Below, piece after piece: positions 30,952-40,321 of a stretch of DNA of 64,000 bases. The DNA comes from Dehalococcoidia bacterium (GTDB taxonomy: Bacteria; Chloroflexota; Dehalococcoidia; Bin125). The notes beneath the pieces are model-generated. The model saw only the letters and a list, made by a program, of their open reading frames with translations. It had not been told where the DNA came from and did no database searches. The translations under genes were made by a program, and so were the position numbers. Location of the stretch: NCBI GenBank assembly GCA_963663895.2, contig CAXXRD010000001.1, forward strand, positions 160,001 through 224,000. Reading direction: 5' to 3'. The first letter of the stretch is position 1. Each line of letters begins with the position of its first letter.

Positions 30952-31905
30952 ATGGCGACCATCAACTCCGTCTCCGGCCCGCTCGACACCAGCCAGCTTG
31001 GCTACACCCTCATGCACGAGCACGTCTGCTCCTGGTCTGCCGGCATGTGGCATTACTGGCCGCAATTCATGGGCGGGCGGGAGACATTTTTGGAGCACGC
31101 GAGCGGCGTGCTCGCCGAGGCCAAGGCCGCCGGTATCCAATCGTTCATCGACGTCACCACGATCGACCTCGGGCGCGACATCCGCCTGATCGCGGAAGCC
31201 GCCAAACGCTCCGACATGCAGATCGTCGCCTGCACCGGCCACTGGCTCGACCCATCGGAGTCGATGAAGAACCGCACCGCAGAGGAGCTGGCCGAGTTCT
31301 TCACAATGGAGATCACGGAAGGGATCGAAGGCACCGACATCAAGGCCGGCATTATCAAGGTCGCGAACGACGAGCCCGGTCTCACCGACTTCGGGCGCAG
31401 CGTCCTCAAAGCGGCGGCCGCGGCTCAAAAAGCGACCGGTGTCCCGATCAGCACGCACTCGGGCGCGAAGATCCGGATCGGGGAGGCGCAGGCGCGCATT
31501 CTTGAGCGCGAGGGCGTTGACCCGTCACGCGTCTATATCGGCCACTCCGACGACACGGACAGCCTCGGCTACCTCACGGGCTTGCTGGAGCGCGGCTACT
31601 GGATCGGCCTGGACCGCATCCCCCTGGGCGCGTTCTATCCACCGCCCACGGTCGCGGAGCGGGCGGGCGTCGTGGTCGAATTGGTCAACCGCGGCTTCGA
31701 AAAGCAGATCTGTCTGTCCCATGACGTGCCGATCGGCTTGGGCCTCGTCGGCAAGGAGCAAGAAGCGAAGTTCCGCGAGCGTATCCCGGGCGGAATCCTC
31801 TTCATCAACCAAACCTTCATCCCCATGCTCAAGGAACGTGGCCTGAGCGAGAGCTCCATTGAACAGATTATGATCGGCAACCCCCGGAAGTTCTTCGAGG
31901 GTTAG
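30952..31905 (+). CDS. Phosphotriesterase-family metal hydrolase/lactonase
   Basis: TLMHEH, GRDI, KAGIIKVA, ISTH, IGHSDD, LSHD. Confidence 0.92.
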   Translation: MATINSVSGPLDTSQLGYTLMHEHVCSWSAGMWHYWPQFMGGRETFLEHASGVLAEAKAAGIQSFIDVTTIDLGRDIRLIAEAAKRSDMQIVACTGHWLDPSESMKNRTAEELAEFFTMEITEGIEGTDIKAGIIKVANDEPGLTDFGRSVLKAAAAAQKATGVPISTHSGAKIRIGEAQARILEREGVDPSRVYIGHSDDTDSLGYLTGLLERGYWIGLDRIPLGAFYPPPTVAERAGVVVELVNRGFEKQICLSHDVPIGLGLVGKEQEAKFRERIPGGILFINQTFIPMLKERGLSESSIEQIMIGNPRKFFEG

Positions 31906-31946
31906 GGCGATCGCCCCTCTCAGATTGCGAGCGAAGGGAACACCCC

Positions 31947-32777
31947 ATGACAACGATGAACCGAACCTTTGAAGAGCGACGGGCGGACTCACTCGACGGG
32001 CTGCGCAAACTGCGCCGCGATCTCCTCCCCGACCCAGAAACCGGCGTCGCTCATACCGAAAGGGTCTGGGGCGCCACCGGGTCCTTCACCGTGGACTTCG
32101 TCCTCGCCGATATTTGGTCCCGTCCGCAGCTCTCCAGACGCGACCGCAGCATGATCGTTCTCGCAACGCTGATCGCGCTCGGCCAGACGGGCAAGGAGAT
32201 GGTGGTGCACACGCAGGGCGCCATCCACCACGGCATGACCCGTGAAGAGGTCGAGGAAGTGGTGACCCACGTCAGCGCGTACGTCGGCTTCCCGAAAACG
32301 CTGGGCGCCATCCGCATCGTGCAGGACGGCCTGCGCTCTTTCGAGGAGAACGGAAAGCTTCCTCCACACGAGCCGGCCGCCCGCAAGAGCGACGAAGAGC
32401 GCTACCACGACGGCCTGGACGTGCTCCGCACCTTGATGGACTGGTCCGACCCGGCCGGCGAAGCGCCCAAACTTGAAGAGCGGCTCGGCCCGATCGGGCC
32501 TCTCGCCATCCGTTACCTCTTCGGCGAAGTCTGGGCACGCACGCAACTCTCCCGCCGCGACCGGAGCCTCATCACGGTGGCGATCCTCACCGCACTCGGC
32601 CGGACCGATCAGATGACCACGCATGTCCCCGGCGCACTCAACCACGGCGTGACTCGCGAAGAGATCGAAGAGGTCATGGTGCAGATGCTAGGCTATGCAG
32701 GCTGGCCGGCCGCGGTGAGCGGCCTTGCCAAAGCGCGTGAGATCTTCGCCGCGATCGATGCCGAAAGCAGCGAGTAG
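31947..32777 (+). CDS. Carboxymuconolactone decarboxylase family protein (two tandem CMD domains)
   Basis: W.R.QLSRRDRS..V..L.ALG...H..GA..HG.TREE..EV...Y.G.P occurs twice. Confidence 0.9.
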   Translation: MTTMNRTFEERRADSLDGLRKLRRDLLPDPETGVAHTERVWGATGSFTVDFVLADIWSRPQLSRRDRSMIVLATLIALGQTGKEMVVHTQGAIHHGMTREEVEEVVTHVSAYVGFPKTLGAIRIVQDGLRSFEENGKLPPHEPAARKSDEERYHDGLDVLRTLMDWSDPAGEAPKLEERLGPIGPLAIRYLFGEVWARTQLSRRDRSLITVAILTALGRTDQMTTHVPGALNHGVTREEIEEVMVQMLGYAGWPAAVSGLAKAREIFAAIDAESSE

Positions 32778-32864
32778 CGCGCGCTTACCTCCCACCCGTT
32801 CCCGGAAGCGCTGACCGCCACTCACGATCCGCTGGCGATCGCTCTCGCCGGTAGCAAAAGCTTG

Positions 32865-33516
32865 GGGGATTACTTACGTGTGTACCCCTAGAAAAACTGG
32901 CCTCTTCTCCTGCTCGGAATATCGGGCATGCCGATCTCTCTGCCGACTCATAGAACGCCAACGCTACCTCTACCTAGAAACCATGCCCCCTCAGCGTCTC
33001 TAGGGGTACACACGTCAGCAATTCCCATGCGCATTACACTCACCAGCGTTTTCGTAAGTAATCAGGACGAAGCTCTGAAGTTCTACACAGAGACCCTCGG
33101 CTTTGTGAAGAAGCATGACGTGCCTGTGGGGGAATTCAAGTGGCTGACGGTCGTCTCGCCCGATGACCCCGATGGGACCGAGCTGCTGCTGGAACCAAAT
33201 GACAACCCGGTATCACAGGCATTTCAGAAAGGGATATTTGACCAAGGCATCCCAGCGGCGTCCTTTGGCGTTACGGACATCCGTGCAGAGTGTGAGAAAC
33301 TGAAGTCACTGGGCGTCGCGTTTACGATGAATCCAACAGCAGTGGCCAACGTCACCATGGCGGTCTTTGACGACACCTGCGGTAATCTGATTCAGATAGT
33401 ACAGACGTAACTACGATCGACACACAGGCAGTATTTGGGCTGCGTGATGTTGTCGAATTGATCGCTCCACATCAGGGCATTCGCCGATAGCTTGGGTACA
33501 CAGCGATATAATCCCC
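32865..33516. mobile_element. Non-autonomous mobile insertion cassette (IS1595-family-like ends) carrying a VOC gene
   Basis: 8-bp direct repeat AAAGCTTG at 32857-32864 and 33517-33524; imperfect terminal IRs GGGGATTA-N6-TGTGTACCC at both ends; AT-richer interior; no transposase. Confidence 0.8.
33028..33410 (+). CDS. VOC/glyoxalase-bleomycin resistance family protein (passenger gene)
   Basis: MRITLTSVFVSNQDEALKFYTETLGF...WLTV...FDDTCGNLIQI. Confidence 0.92.
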
Positions 33517-33587
33517 AAAGCTTGCCGCCGCCGAGCCGGTAGAATCGTCCCTGTCGCGCACCGGACAGGCCACGAGAGGAGCGCTAG

Positions 33588-34643
33588 ATGCGTTACAAGC
33601 TGCTGGGCACCAGCGGGCTGCGAGTCTCCGAACTCTCACTCGGGACGATGACCTTTGGAGATGATTGGGGCTGGGGGACTCCGAAGAAGCAGAGCGGCGC
33701 GATCTTCGACGCCTACGTGGAGGCCGGCGGCAACTTCATCGACGGCGCCAATATGTACACCAATGGCACGAGCGAGAAGTACATCGGCGAGTTCATCCAA
33801 GACCGCGCCGCGCTCGTCATCGCGACGAAGTACACCCTCAACAGCTATCCGAGCGCCCCTAACAGCCGTGCCTACGACCCCAATAGCGGCGGCAACCACC
33901 GCAAGAGCATGGTCCAATCACTCGAGGGCAGCCTCCGCCGGCTCGGCACCGATTACGTCGACCTCTTCTGGCTGCACTCCTGGGACAGCACCACCCCCAT
34001 TGAGGAAGTCATGCGCGCCCTGGACGATCTCGTCCGCTCCGGCAAGGTGCTCCATCTCGGCATCTCGAACGCGCCAGCTTGGATCGTGTCGGAGGCTAAT
34101 GCGATCGCGAAGCTGCGCGGCTGGAGCCCGTTCGTCGCCTTGCAGATCCAGTACAGCCTGGTTGAGCGCGCCGCCGAGCGCGACCTCCTGCCAATGGCCC
34201 GCGCCCACGACATCGCGATCCTGCCCTGGGGCATCCTGGGCGCCGGCGTGTTGACCGGCAAGTACACGGACGGGGCCAAGCGGGGACGCCTCTCCGTCGA
34301 TTCCTGGCGCGAGGGCTTTCTCACGGAGCGCAACCTTGCCATCGCCAGCGAGGTCCAGGCCATCGCCGATGAGATCGGACGTTCGCCCACGCAAGTCGCG
34401 ACCAATTGGGTACGCCAGCAGCCGGGCGTCGTCATTCCCATCGTCGGCGCGACTAAGCTGGAGCAACTCGAGGATTCGCTCGCCTCACTCGAGTTCGATC
34501 TCGACGACGCACAGATCGCCCGGCTCGACGCCGCGAGCGCGATCCCGCTCGGCTATCCGCACGATTTCCTCGCCGACCCCTTCAGCCTTGAACTGATCCA
34601 CGGAGCACACGCCGCCGACATCGACAATCACCACGCGCCCTAG
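33588..34643 (+). CDS. Aldo/keto reductase
   Basis: LGTMTFG, GNFIDGANMY, IATK, SLRRLGTDYVDL, PIVGA. Confidence 0.94.
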   Translation: MRYKLLGTSGLRVSELSLGTMTFGDDWGWGTPKKQSGAIFDAYVEAGGNFIDGANMYTNGTSEKYIGEFIQDRAALVIATKYTLNSYPSAPNSRAYDPNSGGNHRKSMVQSLEGSLRRLGTDYVDLFWLHSWDSTTPIEEVMRALDDLVRSGKVLHLGISNAPAWIVSEANAIAKLRGWSPFVALQIQYSLVERAAERDLLPMARAHDIAILPWGILGAGVLTGKYTDGAKRGRLSVDSWREGFLTERNLAIASEVQAIADEIGRSPTQVATNWVRQQPGVVIPIVGATKLEQLEDSLASLEFDLDDAQIARLDAASAIPLGYPHDFLADPFSLELIHGAHAADIDNHHAP

Positions 34644-34705
34644 CCGGGTGCCGGCCGGCACCGAACGCGTGGGGGATCCCGTCTCGCCCGCTTCAATTCG
34701 CCCTC

Positions 34706-36055
34706 TTAGATCATGCCGCGGTCGCGCATCTCCAGGAAAGACTTCGTGAACGCGTCGATCATCGTGTCGATGTCCTCCGGATGGTGCGCGGTCGAGATCA
34801 GCGAGAAATGTACGCCAGGAACAAGCACGCCATTCTTCAGTAGGATCGTGTAGTAGTCACGCGCTCGCTTCTCGATCAGAGTTGAACGCTCGATATCACG
34901 TGCCGAGTCGATCCGGCCGCGCTGGAACTGCAAGTAGAACATCGAAGCGGCGTTCTGTAACTGTGCCGGGAACTCCTCTTCTAGCAGGAAGTCGTTCACC
35001 GCCACGGCCAGGCGCTCGCCCTCGCGCTGAAGGTACGGATAGATCTCAGGATGCTCTTTCATGTGGGTGAGCGCCGCCACCCCCGCCGCCATCGCGAGGG
35101 GGTTTCCGCCGAACGTCCCCCCGGCGAACACCGCCTCTTCGTCCTTGGGCCGCTCGATGTCGATGCGGAAGACCTCCATAACGTCGGCGCGCCCCACCAC
35201 GGCGCCCATCGGCAGCCCGCCTCCCAGCGCTTTCCCGTAGGTCGCTAGATCCGGCTTCACGTCAAAGAATTCCTGCCCGCCGCCGTAACTGAGCCGGAAA
35301 CCGGTTACCACTTCGTCCATCAGGAACAGTACCCCGGCCTCCCGGCAAACGTTGGCCACCCCCCTGACGAAATCCCCACAATCCAGACGGGGGTTGCTGC
35401 TCTGCACCGGCTCTAACATCACCAATGCCAGCTCGTCCTTATGTTCCCAGATCAGTTCATAGGCAGCTTCGTGCCGGTAGGGCAGCATCAATACCTGATC
35501 GACCGTCTCCTGGGGGATCCCCGCCCCACGCGGCACGGCAACCGGCGCCGCGCGCGGACTCTCCGGATCGGCCACCAGCAGCACATAGTCGTGCGAGCCG
35601 TGGTAGCTCCCGTCGAAGATCGCAATCTTCGTTTTTCCGCTGTACGCGCGGGCCGCTCGGATCGCCCACATCGTCGCTTCGGTTCCCGAGTTCCCGAACA
35701 GCGCTTGCTCGCCACAGGGTGACGCCTCGAGCAACAGCCGCCCCAACTCCTCCTGATAGGGATGCTGCAGCCCCCATTGCACGCCGCGAGCTGCCGCCTC
35801 TTGAATCGCGGCAACGATCACATCGGGGGCATGCCCAAGGAGATGCGGTCCGTACCCCATCGTCATGTCTATGTACTCGTTGCCATCCACGTCCCACACC
35901 CGTGAGCCTTTTGACTCCCGGATGAAGAGCGGGTAGTGCATCGCGATCGAGCCTGCCAGCTCCATCGCCAAGATCTCGCTCGACCGTTCCTCCAGTACCT
36001 TCGAGCCGGGAGTGTGCTGCTCCATCTCCGCGCGGACGTTCTCGGTCATGACCAT
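34706..36055 (-). CDS. Class III aminotransferase (glutamate-1-semialdehyde aminomutase-like)
   Basis: WDVDGNEYID, NSGTEATM, GSYHG, DEVVTGFR, TYGKALGGG; GGAGG RBS before ATG. Confidence 0.9.
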   Translation of the reverse strand: MVMTENVRAEMEQHTPGSKVLEERSSEILAMELAGSIAMHYPLFIRESKGSRVWDVDGNEYIDMTMGYGPHLLGHAPDVIVAAIQEAAARGVQWGLQHPYQEELGRLLLEASPCGEQALFGNSGTEATMWAIRAARAYSGKTKIAIFDGSYHGSHDYVLLVADPESPRAAPVAVPRGAGIPQETVDQVLMLPYRHEAAYELIWEHKDELALVMLEPVQSSNPRLDCGDFVRGVANVCREAGVLFLMDEVVTGFRLSYGGGQEFFDVKPDLATYGKALGGGLPMGAVVGRADVMEVFRIDIERPKDEEAVFAGGTFGGNPLAMAAGVAALTHMKEHPEIYPYLQREGERLAVAVNDFLLEEEFPAQLQNAASMFYLQFQRGRIDSARDIERSTLIEKRARDYYTILLKNGVLVPGVHFSLISTAHHPEDIDTMIDAFTKSFLEMRDRGMI

Positions 36056-36208
36056 GGTCATCCTCCGCTGACAGAAAGCGCCGTCCTGACGCATTGGCGG
36101 CCAGGATAGTCCTGCGGGCGCAACCACCGCCACGCGCCCCAGCGCCCCGTGGGTTCTTACTCTATCCTCCCAAGCCATATCCAAGGCATCCCCAACTTCG
36201 GAGCCCGC

Positions 36209-37471
36209 ATGCGCACCCTCGACAACACGACGCTCCTCATCCGCTGCGGCCGGCTCTTCGACGGCACGGGGCGGCCCGTCCAATGTGATCAAGCCGTGTT
36301 CGTCCGAGATCGCCGCATCCAGGCAGTCGGCCCCGCGCCGCGCGTCGCGCACGCCGTGCCCCCACGAACCCCGCGCATTGATCTCGGCGACGCCTGTCTC
36401 CTGCCCGGCCTCATCGACGGCCATACCCACAGTAGTCTCCCCGGCGACGGCCGCCCCTATGCCGCGCAGATCGCCATCCCCGACGCTCTCATGGTCGGCG
36501 TCGCCGCGAAAAACCTGGGCCGGCATCTCGACGCAGGGATCACCACCGTCCGCGATCACGGTGCACGGAACATGGTCGGCTTCACGATTCGCGCCGCCGT
36601 GACGCGCGGCCTGATTCGCGGCCCCCGCATGCTCGTCAGTGGTCGGCCGATCACCCGTCCCGGGGGGCACTTCCATTGGTGCAATGAGACGGCCGCCGGT
36701 CCCAGTGCCGCCCGCGCCGCTGTGCGTCGCCTGATCCGCGACGGCGCCGACTACATCAAGGTCATGGCCACTGGCGGCGGCACCGAAGGGACGAACCCAG
36801 GCGAAGCCTCGTACTCAGTGGAAGAATTGCGGGCGGTCGTGGACGAAGCACACGCGCATGGACGCAGGACCGCCGCGCACGTGCGGGCTACCGAGGGCAT
36901 GCAGCGCGCCGCCGAGGCCGGCTTCGACTTGCTCGAACACGTCGAATTCAACGAACCCGACGGCCGTCCACGCTTCAATCCCGAAGTCGCTGCCAAGATC
37001 GCCGCGGCGGGCGCGTACGTGAGTCCCACGCTGCAGGTCCTCACCGATTACCAGCGCATCGTCGCGCTGCGCGAGCGCGCCGCCCGTCAGGCGATCTCGG
37101 CGGAGGACGAGCGGGAGTTGCTCACGCTCGAGCGGACGCTCGACGGCTACATCGACCGCTTCCGTTGCTTTCTCGAAAGCGGCATCGCGGAGCGCGTCGC
37201 GCCGGGTACCGACTGCGGCCCCTTCGGCACCGCCTTCGGACACCTCGATTATGAGCTCGCGTTACTCGTCCAAGCTGGCTATCGCCCTGCGGACGCCCTC
37301 TGCGCTGTGACCTACCGCGCCGCCGCGGCCGCCGGGTTGGATCACGAGATCGGCACCATTGAGGTCGGCAAGCTCGCCGACCTCCTCGCTGTCGACGGCG
37401 ACCCCACCCACGACATCACGGCCGTAAGCCGCGTCGTGGCGGTCTTCCAAGAGGGCCAACGCGTCCGCTGA
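36209..37471 (+). CDS. Amidohydrolase family metal-dependent hydrolase
   Basis: PGLIDGHTH, GITTVRD, IKVMATGG, AAH, EH, GTD, GTIEVGKLADL. Confidence 0.92.
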   Translation: MRTLDNTTLLIRCGRLFDGTGRPVQCDQAVFVRDRRIQAVGPAPRVAHAVPPRTPRIDLGDACLLPGLIDGHTHSSLPGDGRPYAAQIAIPDALMVGVAAKNLGRHLDAGITTVRDHGARNMVGFTIRAAVTRGLIRGPRMLVSGRPITRPGGHFHWCNETAAGPSAARAAVRRLIRDGADYIKVMATGGGTEGTNPGEASYSVEELRAVVDEAHAHGRRTAAHVRATEGMQRAAEAGFDLLEHVEFNEPDGRPRFNPEVAAKIAAAGAYVSPTLQVLTDYQRIVALRERAARQAISAEDERELLTLERTLDGYIDRFRCFLESGIAERVAPGTDCGPFGTAFGHLDYELALLVQAGYRPADALCAVTYRAAAAAGLDHEIGTIEVGKLADLLAVDGDPTHDITAVSRVVAVFQEGQRVR

Positions 37472-37552
37472 ACGAGCGGCACTTGCATGTCTTGCATGTA
37501 AGGTATCGGCGCGAGCGCGCCGCCACGGGCGACTCCAAGCGTAGGGCATGCG

Positions 37553-38809
37553 ATGGGCGTCGCCGCAGGACTCGGTTCAGCGATCACTTGGGCGATCTCG
37601 AGCACCTTCCTCGGATCGCAGACGGCGCGTATCGACACGATCACACTCGTACTCCTCCGCGCCCTGTTCGCGGCACCGACTTTCGCCGTCGCCCTGTTCA
37701 TTACCGGCGCGCAGGACGAACTCTGGAACATGCCGTGGAACAACATGTGGCAGCTCTCTATGGCAGGCTTCTTTGCCATCGGCAGCGGCGACCTCCTCTT
37801 CGCAGGTGCGTTTTTCCTAATCGGCATGAGCCGTGCGCTCCTGATCGTGATGTCCCTGGCCGTCCTGTTCTCGTTCGTCCTGGCATCGATCTTCCTCGGC
37901 GAAGATCCAACACTCCAAATCGGGATCGGCGCCGTGCTGATCTTGCTCGGCGTCTACACCGCTGCCCTGTACGGGCAGCCGCAGGGCGCCGGCTCCCGTG
38001 CGATGGGAACGGCCGACACTGCAGACGCGACGGCCGCTCCCCGTCCCATCGCCGGGGGAGCGCTTTCCGAACCGTCGAACGACGGCGCAGCAAGAAGGTG
38101 GCTACGCAGGCGCTCCGTCGCGTTCACGATCCTCGGAGCTGCACTCGCGACCGCGATTCTGCTGTACCTCCGTGGGCGCCGCCGGACCGCCCCACCAGAG
38201 CCACCGTCCGACTTTGTCAAACCATCGTCTCCGCTGAGCACCGCCGCAGCGGTGACGGCCCCGCAGACGCACCCACCTCTCTTTACCGCACCATCCGTGG
38301 ACGCCACCCCCGACGATCAGGAGCCGGCCCCTGTGCCTGCGGGCGGGCTGTCGGCGACCGCCTGGGCCTGGATGATCAAACACCGGCTTCCAATCGGGGT
38401 GATCGTCGCCACGCTGGCCGGCCTCAACTGGGCGATCGCGATCGTGTGGCTCCGCGGGGCCTCGTTCGACGTCGACCCGGTCGCCGGCGTCAGCGTGCGG
38501 ATTCCGCTGGTCGTCGGGATCTTTGCGATCGCGGCGATCGCCTATCCCAACTCCAGCCTGCGAAAGTGGAACATCACTTGGCGGGGGTTTATCGCGATCG
38601 CGATCTCGGGCGTGATCGGCAACGGTATTGCCTCCCTGCTGATCTTGGTGTCCATTCAGGAAGTCGGCGCGGGCGAGGCAACGACACTGCTCTCGACCGG
38701 CCCACTATGGGGCCTGCCCCTAGCCGTCATCTTCCTGCGCGAGCGCATCACGCGTTGGGCGGTCGTGGGAGCCGTAACGGCGATCGTCGGGATCGTGCTA
38801 GTCGCCTGA
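37553..38809 (+). CDS. DMT/EamA family transporter with long central insertion
   Basis: Two EamA-like repeats (LFSFVLASIFLGE; PLWGLPLAVIFLRERIT) separated by a Pro-rich linker. Confidence 0.85.
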   Translation: MGVAAGLGSAITWAISSTFLGSQTARIDTITLVLLRALFAAPTFAVALFITGAQDELWNMPWNNMWQLSMAGFFAIGSGDLLFAGAFFLIGMSRALLIVMSLAVLFSFVLASIFLGEDPTLQIGIGAVLILLGVYTAALYGQPQGAGSRAMGTADTADATAAPRPIAGGALSEPSNDGAARRWLRRRSVAFTILGAALATAILLYLRGRRRTAPPEPPSDFVKPSSPLSTAAAVTAPQTHPPLFTAPSVDATPDDQEPAPVPAGGLSATAWAWMIKHRLPIGVIVATLAGLNWAIAIVWLRGASFDVDPVAGVSVRIPLVVGIFAIAAIAYPNSSLRKWNITWRGFIAIAISGVIGNGIASLLILVSIQEVGAGEATTLLSTGPLWGLPLAVIFLRERITRWAVVGAVTAIVGIVLVA

Positions 38810-38821
38810 CGAGAAACGCGC

Positions 38822-39643
38822 TTAGCCGGCGGGCCGCACGCTGCTCTCCTCGGCGCTGACACCGGCGAGATGCCCCAAATAGATCGGAACGAGCGGGAGG
38901 AAGCAGGGAGACAGGAACGACAAAAATCCGCCCGCGAAGGCCAACGCGAACCCGAAGAGGCCGGTCACGCTACCTCCGGTGGCCGTCGCATCCTCCGCGG
39001 TGCCCGGTAGAAAGGTGAAAAAGTCGTTCAGCACCACGACCCGGTCCAGGAAGATCAGCACCCCCATAAAGACGAGCAAGATGCCGCTTACGACCGCGAT
39101 CACGGGCAGATACGGACCGATCCGCCGGAGCAGCGCCGAGGACGACCCCAACGCTGCGCCCGCGATGAGGAACGGCAGCCCGAGGCCCATCGCGTAGAAA
39201 ACCAGCAGCACGGTGCCTTGCACGACCGACCCAGAGTCCGCGGCCAAGGCCAGGATCCCGGCCAAAATCGGCCCGACGCACGGCGTCCAGCCGAGCGAGA
39301 ACGCGCCTCCCACCAATAGCGACCGGCTATAGCGACGGATCCCGCGCTTCGGCACGGGAGAACCCGACCCGCCGCCACCACCTGCGCTCATTTGGTAGGT
39401 CCGCATCAACAACGGAATCGTGATCAGTTCGGCCAAATGCAGCCCCAAAACGATGAGCGCCACCCCAGCGACCCGCTGAAACCAAATGATGTTGTCGCGC
39501 AGGGCGAAACCCACAACCCCGAGTGATGCACCCAGCGCGATAAAGATGATCGAGAATCCGATCACGAACGCGAGCGCATGCATAAACGTCGCCCGGCGGA
39601 GCGAACTCAGATCCCAGCTCGCGAGAAGCGCAGCCGCAGTCAT
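38822..39643 (-). CDS. ccdA: Cytochrome c biogenesis/disulfide reductase CcdA, circularly permuted
   Basis: FVIGFSIIFIALG, AFSLGWTPCVGPILAGIL, YAMGLGLPF; the AFAGGFLSFLSPCFLPLVPIYL motif is at the C-terminus. Confidence 0.9.
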   Translation of the reverse strand: MTAAALLASWDLSSLRRATFMHALAFVIGFSIIFIALGASLGVVGFALRDNIIWFQRVAGVALIVLGLHLAELITIPLLMRTYQMSAGGGGGSGSPVPKRGIRRYSRSLLVGGAFSLGWTPCVGPILAGILALAADSGSVVQGTVLLVFYAMGLGLPFLIAGAALGSSSALLRRIGPYLPVIAVVSGILLVFMGVLIFLDRVVVLNDFFTFLPGTAEDATATGGSVTGLFGFALAFAGGFLSFLSPCFLPLVPIYLGHLAGVSAEESSVRPAG

Positions 39644-39833
39644 CCGCTCTACCTATCCCCTCGCTCCGTGCCGGCGGCGGCGCAGGCTTCTCCGCCCCAC
39701 TACGTCGGCTCGCTTCTGACTACGAGCCCCCATCGATCGCGGTTTGCTTCCGAGCCACACACGATGCTCCGATCGTAACAGTCCTCTGTAAACAGGCCTC
39801 GCGGACGAGCCACGCGCCGCTATTCCCTGCGAC

Positions 39834-40280
39834 CTAGAGGATCTCCAGCAATTCGATGATCGTGCCGTCCGGATCCTTGAGACATACGACCCGCTCCCCA
39901 CCGGCGAGGTTGATCTCCTGTGGCTCGGAGAGAAACTCCACGCCCTTCGACTTGAGATCCTCGTACATCGCGGGCAGGTCCTTCGTGCGTAGCGCGAGCC
40001 GGGGCATCCCCGCCTGATAGAGGTGTGGGGGAGTTCCCTCGGTCTTCGGCTGGATCCACTCGATCAGATCGATCCGCGTGGCGCGGGGATCCTCTCCTAC
40101 CATCAGGAGAGCGACGCGCGCCTCCCCCCCGGGAATCCCTAACGCCACCTCCAATTCCGGACTGAGCTTTTGCTGCGGCAGATCGAGCACCACACGAAAT
40201 CCCAGCAGCTTGTAGAAGGCCAACGAACGCTCAAAGTCGCGGCAATTGACATTGATATGAAACAGTCCCTGAATCGGCAT
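39834..40280 (-). CDS. VOC family protein
   Basis: HINVNCRDFERSLAFY, IDLIEW, KDPDGTIIELLE. Confidence 0.9.
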   Translation of the reverse strand: MPIQGLFHINVNCRDFERSLAFYKLLGFRVVLDLPQQKLSPELEVALGIPGGEARVALLMVGEDPRATRIDLIEWIQPKTEGTPPHLYQAGMPRLALRTKDLPAMYEDLKSKGVEFLSEPQEINLAGGERVVCLKDPDGTIIELLEIL

Positions 40281-40321
40281 GGTGACTCGCCTTTCTGATC
40301 CGCACGACCGGCTCGGTTACC

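Noticed and set aside
34706-36055. hemL assignment
   Set aside because: GSA-like fold, but it lacks the typical PGGVNSPVR N-terminal motif and any heme gene context.
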